From an uncultured delta proteobacterium (GTDB taxonomy: Bacteria; Desulfobacterota; Binatia; Binatales; Binataceae): a DNA stretch of 64,000 nucleotides. The stretch spans positions 512,001-576,000 of the forward strand of contig CAWCDG010000002.1 of NCBI GenBank assembly GCA_963794325.1, written 5' to 3'. The notes under the pieces were generated by a model, which was given only the letters and a program-made list of their open reading frames with translations, made no database searches and had not been told where the DNA came from. A program made the position numbers and the translations under genes. Positions 60,896 through 64,000 of this stretch are shown one piece after another (position 1 is the stretch's first letter; the number at the start of each line of letters is the position of its first letter).

Positions 60896-61357
60896 CTAGA
60901 AGGGGATGTCCTCGTCGTCCATCGGCGCGACGTCGTCGCCTCCACCGCCGCCGCCCGCGGGTGCGCGACGCGCACCGCCGCCGCCGAAACCACCGGCATC
61001 GTCGCCGGCGGGAGCGCCGCCGCGCGAGCTCAGGAACTGTACCCGCATCGCGACAATATCCGTGGCCTTGCGCTTCCCGCTGCCGTCCTTGGCTTCATAC
61101 TCGCGGTAAGTAATTCGTCCTTCGATATAAGCCGAGCTGCCCTTCTTCAGGTATTGAGCGCAGGCCTCGCCTTGCTTGCCCCATACAGTGATGTTGTGCC
61201 ACTCGGTGCGTTCCTGCCGCGTGCCACTCTTGTCGGCGAACGACTCTGTGGTCGCGATTGAAAAACTCGTGACCGACGAGCCCGAGTTGGTGAAGCGAGT
61301 TTCAGGATCGCGCCCGAGATTTCCGATGAGAATTACCTTATTTACCGACGCCGACAT
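60896..61357 (-). CDS. ssb: Single-stranded DNA-binding protein
   Basis: SVNKVILIGNLGRDPE, ERTEWH, terminal DEDIPF. Confidence 0.97.
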   Translation of the reverse strand: MSASVNKVILIGNLGRDPETRFTNSGSSVTSFSIATTESFADKSGTRQERTEWHNITVWGKQGEACAQYLKKGSSAYIEGRITYREYEAKDGSGKRKATDIVAMRVQFLSSRGGAPAGDDAGGFGGGGARRAPAGGGGGGDDVAPMDDEDIPF

Positions 61358-61514
61358 CTTCGCCACCTCGTGATCGAAAAGTAGTCCCGCCCCGTTCGCA
61401 AGGCAAACCCCCACGCGGACGGCCCTGTGGATAGCTTTCTCACGGCGAGGATTGGCTTTCGCATCCAAACTGTGACCGATATAATCCGCCTCGGTGCGGA
61501 GGCAGGGATAGGCG

Positions 61515-63188
61515 ATGGCGGCAAGCACTTCCACGACCGCGCCGGTCAGAATCGTAGCCCTCGGCGGGCTCGGCGAGATCGGCCTCAATCTGATGGCGAT
61601 CGAATGCGCCGGGCGCGCGATCGTGATCGATTGCGGCGTTATGTTCCCCGACGAGCCCGGGCTCGGATTGGGGACTTACATCCCCGAGATGGCGTGGTTC
61701 GACCGCAGCCACGTCGCAGTCGAGGCGGTGGTACTCACCCACGCCCACGAGGATCATATCGGCGCGCTTGCGCATCTGCTGTGCCGCTTCAACGTTCCCG
61801 TTTATGGCACCGACGTTACGCTCGCGTTCACTCGACGGCGTCTCGCCGATGAGGAGTTCGACGATCCCGTCGACTTGCGGACAATCGAGCCGCGCAAGGC
61901 GTTCGCGGCGGGGCCGTTCACGGTCGAGCCGATTCGCGTCACGCACTCGACGCCTAACTCGACCGCGCTCGCGATTCGCACTCCGGCGGGAATCATCATT
62001 CATAGCGGCGACTTCAAGATCGATGACGCCCCGGTCGACGGCCAGATGTTCGATCGCGAGCGCTTTGCCGAACTCGGCGCCGAGGGCGTCGCGCTGTTGC
62101 TCTCGGACTCAACCAACGTCGAACGTCCCGGCCGCTCGGGATCGGAGAGCTCGCTCAAGCCGGTGTTGCGCGAGTTGACCTCGCGTGCGCGTGGCAGATT
62201 CTTCCTGTCGGCCTTTTCGTCGCATCTGCATCGGATTCGCCAGGTGGTCGAGGTCTCGCACGAGTTCGGACGCCGCGTGGTTCCGCTCGGCCGCGCGATG
62301 GCTGAAAGCGTCCGGCTCGGACTCGAGACTGGTCAGCTTCCATTCAAGCAGGCGATGTTCGTCGATCCCGGTGAGGCCGAGTTTCTCGACGGCAACCGGC
62401 TGAGCTACCTGACCAGCGGGAGCCAGGGCGAGCCGCTCTCCGCGCTGGCGAAGATCGCTGGCGACGCGCATCCGCGCGTGCGTATCGAGCATGGCGACGT
62501 GGTGGTGCTGTCGTCGCGCTTCATCCCGGGCAACGAGCGCACCATCAACACGCTGGTCAACCGTCTCTACAAGCAGGGCGCGGATGTCGTTTACGACGCG
62601 GTCGCTCCGGTGCACGTTTCAGGGCATGCCAGCCAGGACGAGCTCACGGAGATGATCACGCTGACGCGGCCGCGGCACTTCGTCCCGATTCATGGCGAGT
62701 ATCGTCATCTGAGCCGTCACGTCGCACTGGCAATCGCGGCGGGAATTCCCGAGCACAACTGCTTTCTGCTCGAAGACGGCGACTCGCTGATTCTGAGCGC
62801 CAGTGGTGAGGCGCGTCGCGGCTCGACGGTCGAGGCGGGTCGCGTCGCGCTCGACGTTATGGACGGCGGCGATCCCGAGGTGATCGGCGAGCGGCGGGTG
62901 CTCGCGCGCGACGGCACCGTGACGGCGATCATCGTGTTGTCGTCGAAGACCGGACGGATCATTGCGGGTCCGGATCTCCTGTCGCGAGGCCTCGTCAGCG
63001 GCGATGGAACTTCCGCGCATATGCGGCGCGCGAAAGAAGAATTAACCCGGCGCATCAATGCGCTCGGCGGCCCGCTGCATGCCAACGATTCGCGCCTGAA
63101 GGAAGAAATCGTGCGCGCGATTCGGCGCTACTTCAGCGACGAGCTCGGCAAGCGGCCGCTGGTAGTTCCGTACGTGACGGAGGTGTGA
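61515..63188 (+). CDS. rnj: Ribonuclease J
   Basis: LGGLGEIGLN, THAHEDHIG, GSQGEP, HVSGHA, PIHGEYR. Confidence 0.95.
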   Translation: MAASTSTTAPVRIVALGGLGEIGLNLMAIECAGRAIVIDCGVMFPDEPGLGLGTYIPEMAWFDRSHVAVEAVVLTHAHEDHIGALAHLLCRFNVPVYGTDVTLAFTRRRLADEEFDDPVDLRTIEPRKAFAAGPFTVEPIRVTHSTPNSTALAIRTPAGIIIHSGDFKIDDAPVDGQMFDRERFAELGAEGVALLLSDSTNVERPGRSGSESSLKPVLRELTSRARGRFFLSAFSSHLHRIRQVVEVSHEFGRRVVPLGRAMAESVRLGLETGQLPFKQAMFVDPGEAEFLDGNRLSYLTSGSQGEPLSALAKIAGDAHPRVRIEHGDVVVLSSRFIPGNERTINTLVNRLYKQGADVVYDAVAPVHVSGHASQDELTEMITLTRPRHFVPIHGEYRHLSRHVALAIAAGIPEHNCFLLEDGDSLILSASGEARRGSTVEAGRVALDVMDGGDPEVIGERRVLARDGTVTAIIVLSSKTGRIIAGPDLLSRGLVSGDGTSAHMRRAKEELTRRINALGGPLHANDSRLKEEIVRAIRRYFSDELGKRPLVVPYVTEV

Positions 63189-64000
63189 AACCCATCGCGC
63201 GCAAGGAGAAAACGGTTATCGAATTGCCTCCACCGGCGGTGGTCGAGGAGGTTTCGATTGCGCCGTCGGCGAGCAGCCGGATCGCGCGCGAGCTTTTTTC
63301 ACTGGCGCTGCTGGCGTTCGCTGCGTTCGGCACGGTGAGCCTGATTAGCGTCGATATCGGACGTAGTCCCAACCTCGGCGGCCCGGTCGGCGCGGCGATC
63401 GCGGCGATGCTCGGCGGCCTGGTCGGATACCAATCGTACACTGCGATGATACTGGTCGGGTGGCTGGCGCAGCGCGTATGGACCGGCGCGAGAGTCGTCA
63501 CCATCGCGCGCGAGATTGGCGGCGGCGCGCTTTTGATTCTCGCGCTCGCGACCGCCAGTGCATTGTGGGATCTGCACGATGCCGCTATGGGCGGTGAAGT
63601 CGGCGCGAGTATCGCGACTTTGCTCAATGACTCGATCAACGTCGCAGGAGGCTTGATCGCCGTCGCGCTGGGATTCATCTGCGGGCTTGCGCTGATGCTT
63701 AAGAGGGCGCCGACCGAATTACTCGCGGGAATCGCCGGTAAGATTCGCCCACGCTCACGCCGCGACGCGTTCGAACCCGGCGACAGATCGCGAATCCCTT
63801 TTTCACTTAGCGAAGGCGACGAAGTCGAGATGGATTCGGAAAACATCAACGGCAAACCGTCACCGCTGAAAGTCAGGTTGCTCGACATTCGCGAGAAGCG
63901 CGATAAGGTGGCGGCGGCGAAGCCTCGGCAAAAGGGCGCATTCAAGCTTCCTCCGCAGTCGCTGCTGGATTTGCCGCCCGCCGAGCATGCGCAAGTGGAC
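63185..64000 (+). CDS. ftsK: DNA translocase FtsK, N-terminal part (3'-partial)
   Basis: GTGA overlap with rnj; 4TM region with 'NLGGPVGAAIA'; window ends in 'FKLPPQSLLD'. Confidence 0.8.
   Translation, partial: MKPIARKEKTVIELPPPAVVEEVSIAPSASSRIARELFSLALLAFAAFGTVSLISVDIGRSPNLGGPVGAAIAAMLGGLVGYQSYTAMILVGWLAQRVWTGARVVTIAREIGGGALLILALATASALWDLHDAAMGGEVGASIATLLNDSINVAGGLIAVALGFICGLALMLKRAPTELLAGIAGKIRPRSRRDAFEPGDRSRIPFSLSEGDEVEMDSENINGKPSPLKVRLLDIREKRDKVAAAKPRQKGAFKLPPQSLLDLPPAEHAQVD

Noticed and set aside
1-64000. Numerous long antisense or overlapping ORFs in the ORF track (e.g. 5590-6648, 13609-14673, 26997-28235, 48534-49691, 49926-51185, 56680-57732)
   Set aside because: They are shadow ORFs expected in high-GC DNA, are Arg/Ala-rich without motifs, and lie opposite well-supported genes.
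1-64000. CRISPR array, integrase, transposase or prophage
   Set aside because: No regularly spaced repeat-spacer array and no recognisable mobile-element ORF was seen.

Overview
This GC-rich bacterial chromosomal window is mostly housekeeping and metabolic genes. Gene content and style suggest Binatota or another deltaproteobacteria-like lineage (inference). In order: an NHL-repeat surface protein; a TetR-controlled aromatic meta-cleavage cluster (HpaB-like monooxygenase, aldehyde dehydrogenase, FAH hydrolase, extradiol dioxygenase); MFS, YceI, aqpZ; a CPA2 antiporter, CBS protein and two CYTH-like genes; a DksA-family protein with an acidic + AT-hook tail; two-component genes; a DUF3857-transglutaminase; a TetR-HlyD-ABC exporter; tRNA-Arg(TCG) followed by a two-gene HEPN-like islet; grxC, purN, purM, ComF; a CoA transferase; TolC, RluA, uvrA, pgeF; two acyl-CoA dehydrogenases; three tandem poly-Pro OmpA lipoproteins; uvrB, ssb, rnj and the start of ftsK. 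The best candidates for something undescribed are: (i) an orphan RNase-like ORF (~24402-24962) facing a promoter-to-terminator, structured ~130-nt ncRNA candidate (~24962-25092), possibly an RNA-antitoxin module; (ii) the tRNA-linked wHTH-like + HEPN-like gene pair; (iii) the DksA/AT-hook fusion. Several REP-like repeat families and five sigma54-type promoters are visible. Many single-base frameshifts suggest assembly indel errors. All calls are by eye; no searches were run.
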